Shown here piece after piece: positions 51,407 through 61,944 of a stretch of DNA of 64,000 bases; the first letter of the stretch is position 1; each line of letters starts with the position of its first letter. The notes below the pieces were generated by a model. It saw only the letters and a list, made by a program, of their open reading frames with translations, ran no database searches and had not been told where the DNA came from. Location of the stretch: the IMG/VR virus record IMGVR_UViG_3300033076_001470, positions 4,933-68,932 of that record. One strand, written 5' to 3'. This DNA is from a virus. Lineage: Duplodnaviria > Caudoviricetes. Both the position numbers and the translations under genes were made by a program.

Positions 51407-54400
51407 TTATCGCTGAAGCCGGAAGCTCAGCAGGTCAAGATAAAGAAAATTTGAACCGGATGGTGCGTTTCGGTACGAGTATCGAAACTCTTGACTAGAA
51501 TTTACCGGCAACCAGGTGGTCGAAGTGATCCCAGGATTTTGCCCGTAAACGCCAGTGGCTCCAGCTGGATCAAGCCCGGTTCCTGCCGACCCCGCCTCTG
51601 AAGTATCAAAGTACGCAATCCCCGCCGTCGCCAAGTTGTAAATTGTCGCTTCAAAGGCTCGCGCACCGACCGGCATTACAGTGCTAAGAGATTTGGTTGT
51701 ATTTGTACTTTGGCTTTGATTTGTCAGCATTCGATTAACGCTGGTCACGTCAACCAAATAACGTACAATCAACAACTCTGATTGCCCTTCGGCCTGAAAA
51801 TTGGCCAGATTGCCATCAAACGAAAGCGGCGCAACGCCAATAAGTCGCCTTGACGTGTCACCGGTTTTGCTTCGAGCGGTACCGTACCAAGCCGACGCTG
51901 GAGCAGTCGCCGTCACTTCAATTGCCGCCGTTCCACTGTTGTCGTAGGCGTAAACGTAATAAATGAACTGAGCATTGACAGTCGCGCCGCTGGAATGAGT
52001 TGCCGCTGTCGAATTATTGAATCCACGAGTACAAGTCAGAGTGTTTGACGAACGAGTGCAACTCATTTGCTCTGAGTCCACTTTAATTGTCAGCGAACTC
52101 GGCATCCAGGAGCCGTCTGTGATTGAAATTGTAGTTGTGGACGTGTCTGAAACCGCCGCGCTCAGCGTCGTGGTGCGCGTGATCGTGCTACTGGTCAGCG
52201 TGGACGCACTGGTAAGAAGCGCACCTGTGCTTTGAATTTGAGCCTGCCCCGGCGAGACGCTGACTGTTGAGCTTGACGCCCAACTGACGACCAGTCCACT
52301 AATTTTCCCCGTTAAACCCAGACTGGCATTTAGTATTTGCCAGTTGGAGCCGTCGCTTTGAATTGTGATAGATTCGTTTTGTCCGGCAATTCTGACAATC
52401 AACGAGCCGTCAATAGTTTCAGACGCGTTGCCATCAAACGTGCAAACGTTGGCCGAAGAATCGGTTTTCTTCAGAATGTAGACGCGACCCGTCAGCCCCG
52501 ATGATGCTGGCAAAGTCATCGTTCGAGCCGCACCCGAAGCATCACACAGAATTGTTGAATACGTTGCGTCAAGAGTTGGACTGGAACTCACAGACGTTAC
52601 AGCCGTGGCAATTGGCCCCGCAACAGTCAATGGGGTGGAGGCATGAACAGCTGTCCCGATGCCGACTCTGTTAAACCGTGTGTTTGCCGATGTCGAGCCA
52701 TTTTCAGTTAGAACAGAAACAGCACCAACAGACATAAAAGACGACGCGTTGATGGTGACTGCCGTCACCGTCCCGCTGCGATCAACAGTAAACCGATTGG
52801 TTCCTGCATCTGCCAGATTCAACAGATTGACGGTCGATCCGGTCAAAGAAGTATTCACAGTGTCCACGGCAAGGACATTTACTGTAGTGTTTGCGTTTGA
52901 CGCACCGGTATTGATCGTCGGCTTAATCAAAGAACCGTAGAAAGTCCGAGTGTTTGTGTCGTTTTTGGTGACAGAAAAAGTCAGATCATTGAGGGCAATT
53001 GTATTTGTCGCATCAGTGTTAATTGTCGGGCCAACGACTTTGAGGGAAGTGACTGAACCTGCTGCCCCACCCAAGCCGAGTCGCGCGAATTGCGGAGCGC
53101 TACTCGTCGCAATGTCTTGCGGCAGGCTCAGCGTGACCGCACCGGTCGAAGCCGAGGCGTTGACTTGATTTGTCGTTCCCGTGATCGAATTGACGACGTT
53201 GGTCAGGCTCGCACCAGAACCTGACGGAGTCAAGTAGTCAGTCCCAGCAACGGCAACTGCAAGCGTATTTGCCGCTGTGCGTTTGATTATTCCGGTCGAA
53301 GACAATCCCGTAATCGTATCCAACGAAATCGAATTTCCCAGCGCAGTCGCTGTTCCCGCAATCGTAATTGAAGAATTGGTTAAAGAACTATTTCCGATAT
53401 TTGTGATTGTGTTGCTTGCACCGCTGATCGTTTTATTGGTCAGAGTGTCGGTTGTTGCGCGCCCGACAATCGTGTCAGTTCCTTGGAATGTCTGAGTTGT
53501 TCCATTGGGGACTGTTATCGTTCCCGTCGAAGTTGTAATCGCCAAACCGTTGAAACTTGCGGCAGTCAATGCACCAGTAACATCAACCGTTGTCCCAAAA
53601 AAAGCGGAGCCAGCACTATGGAGCGAACGGTTGATCGTTCCGCCGTTAGATTGGGCTTCGATGTACAGCCCATATTGGTTGGTTCGAGTTCCAGCAGTTT
53701 TCGCCGCATTTTTGATGTAAATTTGCGCCCAATCCGTGACGCTACTGCTGACATTTGTTTGTGAGCTGGCAGCCGCTTCAATAACGTGAACCGCGCTTAC
53801 TGGCGAAGCAGCCCCGGTCACGTTGACCGATCCACGAACGCCTACCGCCGTTGTCACTGTTCCAGTCGTTGCCAAATCTGCTACGCCATCCACGCCAGTT
53901 ATCAGCGTGACAGAACCCGTACCGCTTTTCAGAGCATAGCCCTTTACACCGATCATTCCCCCGGCTGCGGCTGTGAAATTGAAAGAGTTGATTGATTCAA
54001 CTTGGCCTTGGATACCTATTTGCGAGTTCCCGTTATTTGCCCCTTGATTGAGAGCCAGGTAGGTATTGATACCAAACCCGCCCGCCGTCGTGCTGTACGT
54101 GTCAGCTACGTCAATAATTGTCGTGGTTGATTGTCCGCCTTGGGCAAAAGCTGCGTGGCCAGTCGTCGTTAGGCCCGTTGCAGGTGCAGTCGTACCTAAT
54201 CCCAGCCCGGCAAATTGCGGAGTTGCAGTCGTGGCCAAAGTCGAACCACCAAGAGCCACCGCTGATCCTTGAATGGTGATCGAAGAATTCGCCAGCATCG
54301 CATTGGTGACACCACCCGTAGCGACCGCCAAAGTGATCGAACCAGCACCATTGGTTACCGTAAGAGACGAGCTTCCGGTCAAAGTAGCAGCAACAGGGTT

Positions 54401-57400
54401 CGCACTCGTTGATCCGATCAATAGCTGGCCATTTGTTGCCGCCGCTGTTGCCTTAATGTCATCCGTTCCGTTGCCAAAAACAAAGCTATTTGCCGTCAAC
54501 GCTCCAGCAGTGTGAGTAACCGTGCCAGAACCGCCACCAGTTGCTGTCAGAGTTCCCCCAGACAGAGACAGACCAGAACCGACTGTGATTTCTTGAGCCG
54601 ATCCAGCAGACCCAGCCGACCGCCCCAACAATCGTGCATCAGTAACGTTTTGGATTTTGGCGTAGGTGATTGCCTGATTTGCAACAGTCGCAGCAAACGA
54701 CCCCGTGCCACTTCCAGTCACATCACCAGTCAGAGTGATTGTTTGGTCACCGGTATTTGTCCCTGAATGGGTTCCGCCGTTCAGCGTCGCATTCCCACCC
54801 AAAGTCAACGTGCGAGCCGCATCACCCACCGCAACGGTCAGAGTTCGGCCAGCGGTGAGATTTTCACTGTTCGCAATTGTCAGATCGAACGCGCCTGCGC
54901 CTGTTGATCGAATCCCCAGCGCAGTCAACGCGGTAAACGAGCCACCGGCAACAATCGGAGCCGCATTCATCACAACGGTCGAACCCGTTCCAGTTTTGGC
55001 TGAAACGTCTGACAAGTCGGCCAGCGCCCAAACTTCTTGACCGCGAGCAATCGGGATTGTTCCGTTGGTCAATTGCGTGGCATTTAGTGCCGTCAAATTC
55101 GCGCCTGATCCATCAGTCATCAAAAAGGTTTTGGATGCGCCATTGACGCCAGCCTTCCATGCGTTCGCGGTCGAATCGTAGGCGACCAAACCATTTGCAG
55201 TCGGAGCCGCACCCGCGCTTGTGGGTACTTTTAACGAAGTTGCTGAGCCGAAATCTTGAGCGCCCGTTGACCAGGCGTTTGCCGCATCGTTGTAGACCGT
55301 GGCCGCATTCTGGCGAGCTTTTGCCAGTGTCCCAGTGAATCCCAGCGTCAAAGCTTGGGCAGAGATTGAGCCTGTGACATTCGTATCATTGACAACAGAA
55401 TTCACTGCCGTCGAAGGCAATTGACCAGCGGTTGCTGTGCCACTCAGATTTGAAAAAGATGGCTGTGCGAGACTAACGACACCTTGAGCCGAAATCGCAG
55501 TTACAAAGTTATTGGCTGAACCAGTGTTTGCTTGAACCGTCGTCGAGTTGGCGTTCGGCACATTCACTGTGCGAGTCGTCGCCGTGGCAACGTTCGACAC
55601 ATCAAACTGAAACTTCTTGGACGTGTCTGTTGGGTCAACAATCAGATGGTTTGCGCCGCCCTGAAATGTCTGAACGAATGCCCCAAACGTATTGACCTGG
55701 TCTGTGTAAACCGTTGTGGCATTCTGGCGAGACTTGGCGAGAGTTCCGGTCCAACCAAGTGTATGCGTATTCGTCGCCGACGTGATTGTGACATTGGTAT
55801 CATTCGCAAAAGTTTGGCCTGATCCTGTTTGGCCATTCAATGACGTGATTCCACCGCCGCCGCCTGATCCACACGCCGTCCCAGTTTGTGAGATTTGTCC
55901 ACTGCTGTTGACTTCCAGGCAGCCCGCCGACGCAGGCAACGTCGTTGGCAACGTAAAAGTCAATGAAGAGGCAGGCGCGCCCCCACGTAATGTCGTCGTG
56001 TTTGCATTGGTTGAATTGCTGAAAACAGCAGTGCCTGTAACAGACGAACCAATCCCAAAATTTACAGACGTTCCAAAATATCCCGAACGTACAGGGACGC
56101 TACTTGAGCCAAAATCATAAGAATTTGCCGCACCAGGCGTGAAATGCCCCGCCGTTCCTACCGTCCATTTTTCAGAGTTGTTCGACCACAGCCCGAACGG
56201 ATGATTACTTGTCGTTCCCGCGATTGCTCGATCCGGCGCGCCAGCCAATGGCCCAAACCGCGTCGTAATACCGTTCGTTGTGTCATTGGCGGCAAAGTAT
56301 GGATTGCCACCCGCGCGCTGAAGCAAAAACGTCGTGCCGTCGTAGGTCAAATTGGCCGAACTGGTCAGATGCTGAACGCCGTCATAAAACGGGACTCGGT
56401 TTGCCGCGCCCGCTCCGGCTAAACCTACCTGCCGATAATCGGCTGACGCTGAGTGAGGCAAATAGAGAACGCTTTCACCGGTTGTCAAAACCGGCCCCGC
56501 TCCGCCATTGAACGTGCCGCTTGAATTGGCAGCCAAGGTCAGCGCACCAGATCCAATGTTTCTAACATAAATAAATTGCTCGCGTGATGCTCCATAACCA
56601 GGCCACGCCAGCGTCAAAGTGCAAGGCGAAGCGCAGTTGGCTTCATAATTGGTCGCGCCGGGCTGGGTATAACTGGTTGACGTTGTGATCGTCTGAACCG
56701 GATTGCGCGCGTCCAGGCGAAAAATCTTTTCTGACCGGTTGTTTGTCGTGTTTCGATACGAGGTGATGATTTGACCGTCAGCCTGACGCACATCTCCCTC
56801 AATCGTGACAGGCGGCAAGTCGTTGGCGTGAATAACCTCACTGTTTGCGTAATAACTTAACGGAGAATTTGCGAACACAACCAACGGCCCAATGTTGCCC
56901 TTGGGAGATTCCGCCGGATTTGCCGCTGTCACTTCATATGACAACGCTTTGTAAGTCCCGCTTGCGCCCGCAATTCCTGCAAAAAGCGTACGGCCATCTA
57001 AGTAAGATGTAGAGCTTGAGTAGTGCAAAATTCCATTATAAGAAGATTCAATATTGCACCCCCAGCAAGAAAAATAAGCTGGTAAATCGCCTGTCGCGCC
57101 GTCCTGACCAGTCTTGTCGCCAATAATCGCCCACCACGAGTTGGACGAACTGTTATTGATTCCATTGCATCCCCAGCAATGAATGTCCCCTGTCCGAATT
57201 CTGAATCCTGCCGGATTTGTTACGTTCACGTCCTGAGCGTACAGCCCTTCAAACGTGTTTCCAGGCATGTTGAATTGATTGAACAGGAATGGATACCCGC
57301 TGACCGGCGCGCTGGCGTAGATTCGCTTGAATGTCGAACTGAAAACGTTGCCAAAGTAAACGCCATGACTCCCGACATCTCGAACAATGACGTCTTCGAT

Positions 57401-59089
57401 CTTTACTTCCTCAAAGTATGGCGAAGCGTCTACGTTGATCCCGATTTGGTTTGCCCCGGAATTTGACCCCTGAATGCTCAAATCTTGAATTGTCGGCCCG
57501 CGAAACAAAAAGCTTCCAGTCCCAACTACTAAATCAAGAATCTTGTCGTTTGCTGTTCCGTGAATTATGGTTCTTTCACGGCCATCGCCAACAATCGTCA
57601 CACCACCCGGCACTGTCAGTTTTGCTGTGGTTTTATACGTCCCTGCATCCAGCTTGATATATTTGCCGCCTGCCGCCGCTGCCGCCGAGACTGCATTTGC
57701 TAAACAAGACGTGTCGTCGGCCACGTCATCGCCAACGCATCCGTAATCAAGTTTGGCATTGATTGCTGTGGCAAGACCTTTTGGCGAAATCGTGCCGGAG
57801 GTCGAAAAAAACGACGTGTTAAACGGCGTCCACGACAGAGACCCGCTGCCATTATTCAGAAAAGCGCCTGTGGCATTGGCTGCTGGCCACGTGTAATTAA
57901 CACCGCGCGGCCTGACGTTGCCGTTAATATCCACAGCAAACAGCGTCGAACCGCCAGACGTGGTGAAGGTCTGAAAGTTCCCCGTCTGACCCGCCGTCGC
58001 CTTCATCGTCTGCATCACGGCGCTATTGGCGCGACTCACGCCGCCATTGAAAACAACCTGATCCGTCTCCAAGGTCAGCTTTGATAGCCCGCCAGCTTGA
58101 ACGTCCACGGAATAACCAAACTGAAACAATTGGCTGGCCGTGCTGTAAATCAGGTTGGTCGAGCCTATAGCGCCGGAACTTGTAAAGTACGGCACGTAAT
58201 TCAGCGTGCCAGACCCGCCAATAGTGCCACCACCGCCGCCGCCAGTGGCCGACAATTCCCCGCCAGAAATTTGCAGCCCCGAACCGACCGTCAGACAGCT
58301 TTGCTTTTGCCCCGTTGCCGCATAGTAAATCACCTGATTGACCGTGCAGACCGGATGAATCTCGTTGATGTAAGTCTTTGGATAGGCTTCTTGACTGGCC
58401 GGAGCAATTCCGCCCGATGCGTTGTAATTACAAATAAACGCAAACGTGGAAGGACTATTGGGAGGCAACTGCAATTCCGTCTTACCGGCTCCGCAATCGT
58501 AAATTCCCAACTGCGAACCGCCGGAGCGGAAAAAGACAAAGGTGTACCGAGCCTGATTGGTAATCAGTGCGTCGGTTGTTGCTGGCAACACAAACGCGGG
58601 GATGTAAGCCACGTTCCCCGATCCAGTGTTCAGGATTGAAACCCCGACTTCTTTGTAAAACTGCCCTGTGCTTGGCCCGCCAGGTTGAACAACTTCCGTG
58701 CTGCCCAATGGCTGAAAAGCGCGATTGGCGTACACGCGCAATAAAACAAACTTGTACAGCGTCATTGACGCCGCACCAGTGGAGCCGCTGTAATTTGTCG
58801 TCAGTGTCAGCGACGACCGCGACGCAACTGACGCAACCACATACTGATTGCCGCCAATGGCCACCTGAAAGCCAGCCTTGCCGACAATACTGGTCGGGAA
58901 CAGCGGAGTCGCCGTTGTCACAGTCGCGCTTCCGCTGGTCACGTTTACAGTAATTGTTTGGTCAGACCCAACGTCAGACGGATTAAACGGCAGCGCAGTA
59001 ATCTGCTGCGCGGAAATCGTGACATCAGTAGCCAGCGCGAGCGGAGCAACCGCGCAGAATAGGGCGAGGAAAAGAAACAACTTTTTCAT
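51407..59089 (-). CDS. 2560-aa tail fibre/spike-like protein with pectate-lyase-3-like beta-helix and N-terminal signal peptide
   Basis: NAKLDYGCVGDDVADDTSCL...IKLDAGTYK...VTIVGDG; T/S/G/A-rich repeated modules; MKKLFLFLALFCAVAPLALA. Confidence 0.8.
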   Translation of the reverse strand: MKKLFLFLALFCAVAPLALATDVTISAQQITALPFNPSDVGSDQTITVNVTSGSATVTTATPLFPTSIVGKAGFQVAIGGNQYVVASVASRSSLTLTTNYSGSTGAASMTLYKFVLLRVYANRAFQPLGSTEVVQPGGPSTGQFYKEVGVSILNTGSGNVAYIPAFVLPATTDALITNQARYTFVFFRSGGSQLGIYDCGAGKTELQLPPNSPSTFAFICNYNASGGIAPASQEAYPKTYINEIHPVCTVNQVIYYAATGQKQSCLTVGSGLQISGGELSATGGGGGGTIGGSGTLNYVPYFTSSGAIGSTNLIYSTASQLFQFGYSVDVQAGGLSKLTLETDQVVFNGGVSRANSAVMQTMKATAGQTGNFQTFTTSGGSTLFAVDINGNVRPRGVNYTWPAANATGAFLNNGSGSLSWTPFNTSFFSTSGTISPKGLATAINAKLDYGCVGDDVADDTSCLANAVSAAAAAGGKYIKLDAGTYKTTAKLTVPGGVTIVGDGRERTIIHGTANDKILDLVVGTGSFLFRGPTIQDLSIQGSNSGANQIGINVDASPYFEEVKIEDVIVRDVGSHGVYFGNVFSSTFKRIYASAPVSGYPFLFNQFNMPGNTFEGLYAQDVNVTNPAGFRIRTGDIHCWGCNGINNSSSNSWWAIIGDKTGQDGATGDLPAYFSCWGCNIESSYNGILHYSSSTSYLDGRTLFAGIAGASGTYKALSYEVTAANPAESPKGNIGPLVVFANSPLSYYANSEVIHANDLPPVTIEGDVRQADGQIITSYRNTTNNRSEKIFRLDARNPVQTITTSTSYTQPGATNYEANCASPCTLTLAWPGYGASREQFIYVRNIGSGALTLAANSSGTFNGGAGPVLTTGESVLYLPHSASADYRQVGLAGAGAANRVPFYDGVQHLTSSANLTYDGTTFLLQRAGGNPYFAANDTTNGITTRFGPLAGAPDRAIAGTTSNHPFGLWSNNSEKWTVGTAGHFTPGAANSYDFGSSSVPVRSGYFGTSVNFGIGSSVTGTAVFSNSTNANTTTLRGGAPASSLTFTLPTTLPASAGCLEVNSSGQISQTGTACGSGGGGGITSLNGQTGSGQTFANDTNVTITSATNTHTLGWTGTLAKSRQNATTVYTDQVNTFGAFVQTFQGGANHLIVDPTDTSKKFQFDVSNVATATTRTVNVPNANSTTVQANTGSANNFVTAISAQGVVSLAQPSFSNLSGTATAGQLPSTAVNSVVNDTNVTGSISAQALTLGFTGTLAKARQNAATVYNDAANAWSTGAQDFGSATSLKVPTSAGAAPTANGLVAYDSTANAWKAGVNGASKTFLMTDGSGANLTALNATQLTNGTIPIARGQEVWALADLSDVSAKTGTGSTVVMNAAPIVAGGSFTALTALGIRSTGAGAFDLTIANSENLTAGRTLTVAVGDAARTLTLGGNATLNGGTHSGTNTGDQTITLTGDVTGSGTGSFAATVANQAITYAKIQNVTDARLLGRSAGSAGSAQEITVGSGLSLSGGTLTATGGGSGTVTHTAGALTANSFVFGNGTDDIKATAAATNGQLLIGSTSANPVAATLTGSSSLTVTNGAGSITLAVATGGVTNAMLANSSITIQGSAVALGGSTLATTATPQFAGLGLGTTAPATGLTTTGHAAFAQGGQSTTTIIDVADTYSTTAGGFGINTYLALNQGANNGNSQIGIQGQVESINSFNFTAAAGGMIGVKGYALKSGTGSVTLITGVDGVADLATTGTVTTAVGVRGSVNVTGAASPVSAVHVIEAAASSQTNVSSSVTDWAQIYIKNAAKTAGTRTNQYGLYIEAQSNGGTINRSLHSAGSAFFGTTVDVTGALTAASFNGLAITTSTGTITVPNGTTQTFQGTDTIVGRATTDTLTNKTISGASNTITNIGNSSLTNSSITIAGTATALGNSISLDTITGLSSTGIIKRTAANTLAVAVAGTDYLTPSGSGASLTNVVNSITGTTNQVNASASTGAVTLSLPQDIATSSAPQFARLGLGGAAGSVTSLKVVGPTINTDATNTIALNDLTFSVTKNDTNTRTFYGSLIKPTINTGASNANTTVNVLAVDTVNTSLTGSTVNLLNLADAGTNRFTVDRSGTVTAVTINASSFMSVGAVSVLTENGSTSANTRFNRVGIGTAVHASTPLTVAGPIATAVTSVSSSPTLDATYSTILCDASGAARTMTLPASSGLTGRVYILKKTDSSANVCTFDGNASETIDGSLIVRIAGQNESITIQSDGSNWQILNASLGLTGKISGLVVSWASSSTVSVSPGQAQIQSTGALLTSASTLTSSTITRTTTLSAAVSDTSTTTISITDGSWMPSSLTIKVDSEQMSCTRSSNTLTCTRGFNNSTAATHSSGATVNAQFIYYVYAYDNSGTAAIEVTATAPASAWYGTARSKTGDTSRRLIGVAPLSFDGNLANFQAEGQSELLIVRYLVDVTSVNRMLTNQSQSTNTTKSLSTVMPVGARAFEATIYNLATAGIAYFDTSEAGSAGTGLDPAGATGVYGQNPGITSTTWLPVNSSQEFRYSYRNAPSGSNFLYLDLLSFRLQR

Positions 59090-59092
59090 CGT

Positions 59093-59284
59093 TTATGCGT
59101 GATATTTGGTGATAGATCGGTAGGTTTCGACAATATCTACTGCGCCAACAATCAGCAGATATTCACAAAGTAAATCGTCGGCTTCGATGTGCGCCTTTTC
59201 AGAGTCTGGTTCGTCGGCTAACTCTTTCAGTCGAGCAAAAATTTCAGCGCGGCGCTGCGCTCCGTAATTGAACGGCGGCGTCAT
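59093..59284 (-). CDS. Small hypothetical protein
   Basis: 63 aa with ATGA coupling. Confidence 0.6.
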   Translation of the reverse strand: MTPPFNYGAQRRAEIFARLKELADEPDSEKAHIEADDLLCEYLLIVGAVDIVETYRSITKYHA

Positions 59285-60099
59285 TGAATTCGAACTATTA
59301 CAGGGTTTCCGGTCATCGCATCGGCTTGCGCCACAATCGTCAGCCGACCGTGCGCGCCAGACGGAATCGCAAAATTCACCTGCTCCAATAAATCGAACAG
59401 ACCGACCTTTCCAACCGCCGCCTGGACGACCCAGTACCCATCAAACTCGTCAGAAATAAACACCTGCACGCTCTTGGCGCGCCGGAATCCAGTTCCGACC
59501 AACATCAACACCGTACCAGCATTGACAATCGCATCAGCGGTCAGCAATCGCGGAGCCTGCCCGTCCGCCACATATTGCCCTTGCGGAACTCTTCGCCCCG
59601 CCGGATCAAGTTGCTCATAAAAACCCGGCGCAGTCGGCGCGACTGCTACCCAACCAACCTGCCTGCCGAACATTGTCTGAATCTCTATAGGCAGCCAGCG
59701 AATCAGAGATCGCTGCAACAAAGAAAGCGATTCCGCTTCTTTCCGAAACCTTAACAATACAGCCTGCGCGGGCCGCCTCCACTCTTCTGACTTGATCGCT
59801 TCGCGCCGCCCAATCACTTTGCGCGGCTGATCCGGCACAATCAGTCGAATCTCTGTTGGCGACACCGCGTACAATGACGCTTCTGCATCCCCAATTCGCA
59901 CGCTGACCCCGCCCAAAACTGTCGGCAACGGGTTCTGCAAAGCTTGGCTAGCCTCAACAGCAAAGCCGCTTCCACGAATCACAGCCGCACAACCCGGCGC
60001 AACCACGCCAGAACCAGAGGCCGCATGCTGAACCGAGATTTGCGCCCAGCCAGTGACAACACTAACCCCTGCGCACATCAATGCGAGTAAAAACTTCAT
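59281..60099 (-). CDS. Secreted TIGR03437 (Solibacter C-terminal domain)-like protein
   Basis: Signal peptide; VQHAAS...VAPG...IRGSG...LPTVLGGVSVRIG...LYAVSPTEI...QVNFAIP. Confidence 0.7.
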   Translation of the reverse strand: MKFLLALMCAGVSVVTGWAQISVQHAASGSGVVAPGCAAVIRGSGFAVEASQALQNPLPTVLGGVSVRIGDAEASLYAVSPTEIRLIVPDQPRKVIGRREAIKSEEWRRPAQAVLLRFRKEAESLSLLQRSLIRWLPIEIQTMFGRQVGWVAVAPTAPGFYEQLDPAGRRVPQGQYVADGQAPRLLTADAIVNAGTVLMLVGTGFRRAKSVQVFISDEFDGYWVVQAAVGKVGLFDLLEQVNFAIPSGAHGRLTIVAQADAMTGNPVIVRIQ

Positions 60100-60135
60100 A
60101 TTGAACCTCAGAAAAAAAAAGGAATGACAGTCGGC

Positions 60136-60459
60136 TTAGTTGCCACCTTTGCGCCATCGCTGCAATTTCACCGTGACACTTGACCCGCTTTTTAGTCGAA
60201 TCCGAACAAAATTGGCCGGAGCTTCAACTGTTTTATGGAATTCGCCATCCGCTCCCCCCGTGAATGATAGCGTCGTGTCTTCTGGCCACGTGCCCGGCTG
60301 ATTGTTCACGGCGGCAGTTTCCACCCCTAAAACCCCCGTGGCCGTACTGGCTGTCGCAATCGCGTACAAATTGAATCCATCCGCATTGTTAAGCGCAATC
60401 ACGTCGGACAGCCCGCCGGAAAAGTTCAAAGTAAAAGGTGCGTAATCAATATGCAGCAT
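60136..60459 (-). CDS. Hypothetical virion-associated beta protein
   Basis: GAGG SD, MLHIDYAP..., 107 aa; overlaps the upstream stop. Confidence 0.6.
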   Translation of the reverse strand: MLHIDYAPFTLNFSGGLSDVIALNNADGFNLYAIATASTATGVLGVETAAVNNQPGTWPEDTTLSFTGGADGEFHKTVEAPANFVRIRLKSGSSVTVKLQRWRKGGN

Positions 60460-61267
60460 TGCTTGCCTCAATGTTGATGAAACGCCCACGCCATTGCTGG
60501 CGGCGGCGTTCAGGATGAATCACTTTCCCCAGGTTAAACACCGGGACGTGCAGTTTTGGACAGGTCAGGTAATCTTCCTTGCGCCCCGGCGACAGACACT
60601 CGACGCAAAGTGGAAAATAGTCAGAATTGGCGCTCATCTCTCCGGCGTATCGAGCGTCATTTTGCGGCACGCCTAAAAACCGGGACGCCTCGCGCACGTC
60701 GTCTTTTGTCCAATCCTTCAGCGCGTAAATCATTCGCACATCGGCGGCCTGCGCTACCACGCGCTCTGGCTCCAACTGCCCCAACACAGCATCGCCATCG
60801 CCGGTATGATGACCGATAAAAAGCACGTCATGCAGTCGCTCGCGCGCCAGAGAAATTCCGTCGCGTTTTTCGTTTAGCACGCGAACGCCGCAGGCTGAAT
60901 CCTGATCCACTGCGCGCCCCGGCTCGTTTTCCAGCGGTAAATACAAACTAAAATCAGGGCTGACGGCATACTCTTCGATCAAGTTCACTTCCGCACCATT
61001 GGCTACCACGTCCACGCCAATGCGCGGCAACGAGCTTAACCGTAAATGCCAGTCGGCAATTATTCGGTCAGCAAATTGATGCTTCGTTTCGCTTGGCAGA
61101 CTGCGAAAGTGAATCACCGACACGTCCGGCTTTTGCTCTCGCACCAGCCAAAGCAGCAATTGCGAATCCTCGCCAGACGACCACAACACAGCCGGAAACT
61201 CGCTGTAGCTCAGATGCTCAGCAATAACCGCGCGAACCTCTTCAATTTGCCCGATAATCGTTTTCAA
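60446..61267 (-). CDS. PAPS-reductase/PP-loop family-like protein
   Basis: AVLWSSGEDSQLLLWLV (degenerate SGGKDS), YALKDWTKDDV, C-terminal CVEC..CPK. Confidence 0.65.
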   Translation of the reverse strand: MKTIIGQIEEVRAVIAEHLSYSEFPAVLWSSGEDSQLLLWLVREQKPDVSVIHFRSLPSETKHQFADRIIADWHLRLSSLPRIGVDVVANGAEVNLIEEYAVSPDFSLYLPLENEPGRAVDQDSACGVRVLNEKRDGISLARERLHDVLFIGHHTGDGDAVLGQLEPERVVAQAADVRMIYALKDWTKDDVREASRFLGVPQNDARYAGEMSANSDYFPLCVECLSPGRKEDYLTCPKLHVPVFNLGKVIHPERRRQQWRGRFINIEASNAAY

Positions 61268-61484
61268 TCCACGCTTCCAGCGACTTGTAATAAAGCCGCA
61301 AATCGTCGGTTTCTGCTTCAGCGAACGCTTGCCTGACCTGCTTTAGATGGCGCTGCTTGCGACGTTCGTAATCTTCACGCCATTCCCGCTCCGAACTTCC
61401 GGCAACCAATAGACAGGCCGCCCATCCGCCCCAGTAACAAACCAAGCAAAGCCCAGCAACAAACAAGATTTGCCAAATTTCCAT
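61242..61484 (-). CDS. Small membrane protein
   Basis: N-terminal TM segment followed by a charged helix. Confidence 0.55.
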   Translation of the reverse strand: MEIWQILFVAGLCLVCYWGGWAACLLVAGSSEREWREDYERRKQRHLKQVRQAFAEAETDDLRLYYKSLEAWIENDYRAN

Positions 61485-61497
61485 TACTGCAAAATCG

Positions 61498-61944
61498 CTA
61501 AATCAACGCTGCTGCAACCGCTCCGCCCGCACCAATTGCCGACGAGACGATGCCGTTTCCCTGTCCTTGCTGAACCTGCTGCGATTCGTAGCCTTTGCGG
61601 TTTTTCCCCGCGGTCAGCGCAGCCAACGCTCCCAACTGGTCTCCGCGCATTTTCTGACCTTCCAGCACTCCCTGACTAACTGCCGCAGCCTCGTTGACGC
61701 TCGAATCAGCCAGCGCCATATCTCGAAGCCGGTTTCGTGCCACCTGCGACGGAACTCCACTATAGGCGCTGTAGCTGTCTTCGATACCCTGCCGGTCTCG
61801 CGCAAACCGCGTTGCCAGAATTGGCGACAACTGCGACACGCGCGGATCAAAATCGCGAAACGCTTTAATATCCGGCGTGTCTATTACGGTCTCAGTAATA
61901 TCAGTGGGCAACTGCGTGACGGGTGGTGTTTTTTTGGTGCTCAT
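61498..61944 (-). CDS. Putative ejection protein (P22 gp7-like position)
   Basis: 148 aa ending GIVSSAIGAGGAVAAALI; follows the GNAT gene. Confidence 0.6.
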   Translation of the reverse strand: MSTKKTPPVTQLPTDITETVIDTPDIKAFRDFDPRVSQLSPILATRFARDRQGIEDSYSAYSGVPSQVARNRLRDMALADSSVNEAAAVSQGVLEGQKMRGDQLGALAALTAGKNRKGYESQQVQQGQGNGIVSSAIGAGGAVAAALI

